Assembly (NCBI GenBank): GCA_004563595.2
Contig: CP042461.1
Coordinates: forward strand, 1-32,000
Direction of reading: 5' to 3'
Source: Candidatus Saccharimonadota bacterium
GTDB taxonomy: Bacteria > Patescibacteriota > Gracilibacteria > BD1-5 > UBA6164
Length of the DNA: 32,000 nt
Shown here: piece after piece, positions 31,495-32,000 of the stretch
Position numbering within the stretch: the stretch's first letter is position 1
Layout of the letters: each line of letters opens with the position of its first letter
Program-made: the position numbers and the translations under genes
Notes under the pieces: model-generated
The model's input: the letters and a program-made list of their open reading frames with translations, nothing else
What the model was told of the DNA's origin: nothing
Database searches by the model: none

Positions 31495-31704
31495 ATGAAA
31501 GCGTTAAAAGATTTAAAATTACAAGAATTTTCTAAATTACAAGGATTAAGTGAAAAAGATTTAAATACAGAAAAAATTGTTTCTGCAAAAAAGCTTTTTA
31601 CTTTAACTATGAAATTAAGAGTGGGAGAATTAAAACAAACTCACCTAATTAAATTCTTAAGAAGATATATAGCGAAATTGAATACAATCACCGCTACTAA
31701 ATAA
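31495..31704 (+). CDS. rpmC: 50S ribosomal protein L29
   Basis: ATG 31495 (the track start at 31477 is a TTG inside the rplP stop region). Translation MKALKDLKLQEFSKLQGLSEKDLNTEKIVSAKKLFTLTMKLRVGELKQTHLIKFLRRYIAKL. Confidence 0.85.
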   Translation: MKALKDLKLQEFSKLQGLSEKDLNTEKIVSAKKLFTLTMKLRVGELKQTHLIKFLRRYIAKLNTITATK

Positions 31705-31742
31705 TTGAAGAATATGTTAATTATCTTTAAATAAATATATTT

Positions 31743-31970
31743 ATGAGAACAAAAAAAGGTATTGTTACTAGCTCGAAAATGGATAAAACAATTGTTGTTT
31801 CTGTTGAATCATACAAAAGTCATGCAAAATATAAAAAAAGATTTAGAGTTACTTCTAAGTTTTATGCACATGATGAAAAAAACTCTTGTTCAGAATGAGA
31901 TATTGTAACAATCAAAGAAACAAGACCATTATCTAAATTAAAGAGATGGGACTTATTAGAAGAAAAATAG
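31743..31970 (+). CDS. rpsQ: 30S ribosomal protein S17
   Basis: ATG 31743 to TAG 31968-31970, 75 aa. Translation [69 protein letters not shown]. Confidence 0.92.
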
Positions 31971-31995
31971 TTAGTTTAACTTTTAAGTAGTATTT

Positions 31996-32000
31996 ATGAT
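31996..32000 (+). CDS. rplN: Probable first 5 nt of 50S ribosomal protein L14 (truncated by the window edge)
   Basis: ATGAT starts 25 nt after rpsQ. The call rests only on conserved operon order (rpsQ then rplN) and the usual MI start of L14. Confidence 0.3.

Overview
This is an AT-rich bacterial chromosomal window that is only coherent if TGA is read as glycine (translation table 25, as described for Gracilibacteria/BD1-5 and Absconditabacteria/SR1). The standard-code ORF track is fragmentary for that reason. Several of its longest ORFs are antisense or out-of-frame shadows of real genes. With TGA=Gly I can hand-translate 38 contiguous CDSs, one tRNA-Arg(CCU), and a set of sigma70-like promoters and rho-independent terminators. 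Plus-strand content from the left: ctpA-like S41 peptidase, glyA, a membrane-anchored HTH protein and tRNA-Arg. After minus-strand mutL and two small minus-strand genes the plus strand resumes with rplS, a class I methyltransferase, gatA and a 327-aa hypothetical. A long minus-strand array runs pheS, PnuC-like, WecA-like, pilin-like, fmt, ABC-2 permease, prmC, hypothetical, fusA, rny, efp, lgt, comEC. At the right end are a small promoter-to-terminator unit, a 637-aa GGDEF diguanylate cyclase with an unassigned N-terminal region, and an S10-type ribosomal operon (rplC to rpsQ plus the first bases of rplN) that lacks rpsJ. I saw no CRISPR array, rRNA, transposase or integrase. The observations most worth follow-up are: (1) UGA=Gly recoding, visible at invariant glycines; (2) a TGA-free, GC-richer two-gene block (rplS plus methyltransferase) bracketed by the only GC-stem terminators in the window; (3) the GGDEF protein and the small unit upstream of it; (4) an rplC promoter with a structured leader where rpsJ normally sits, and long hairpin-bearing spacers inside the ribosomal operon; (5) EF-P with Arg rather than Lys at the loop tip. 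All translations were done by hand. Family assignments rest on remembered motifs, not searches.
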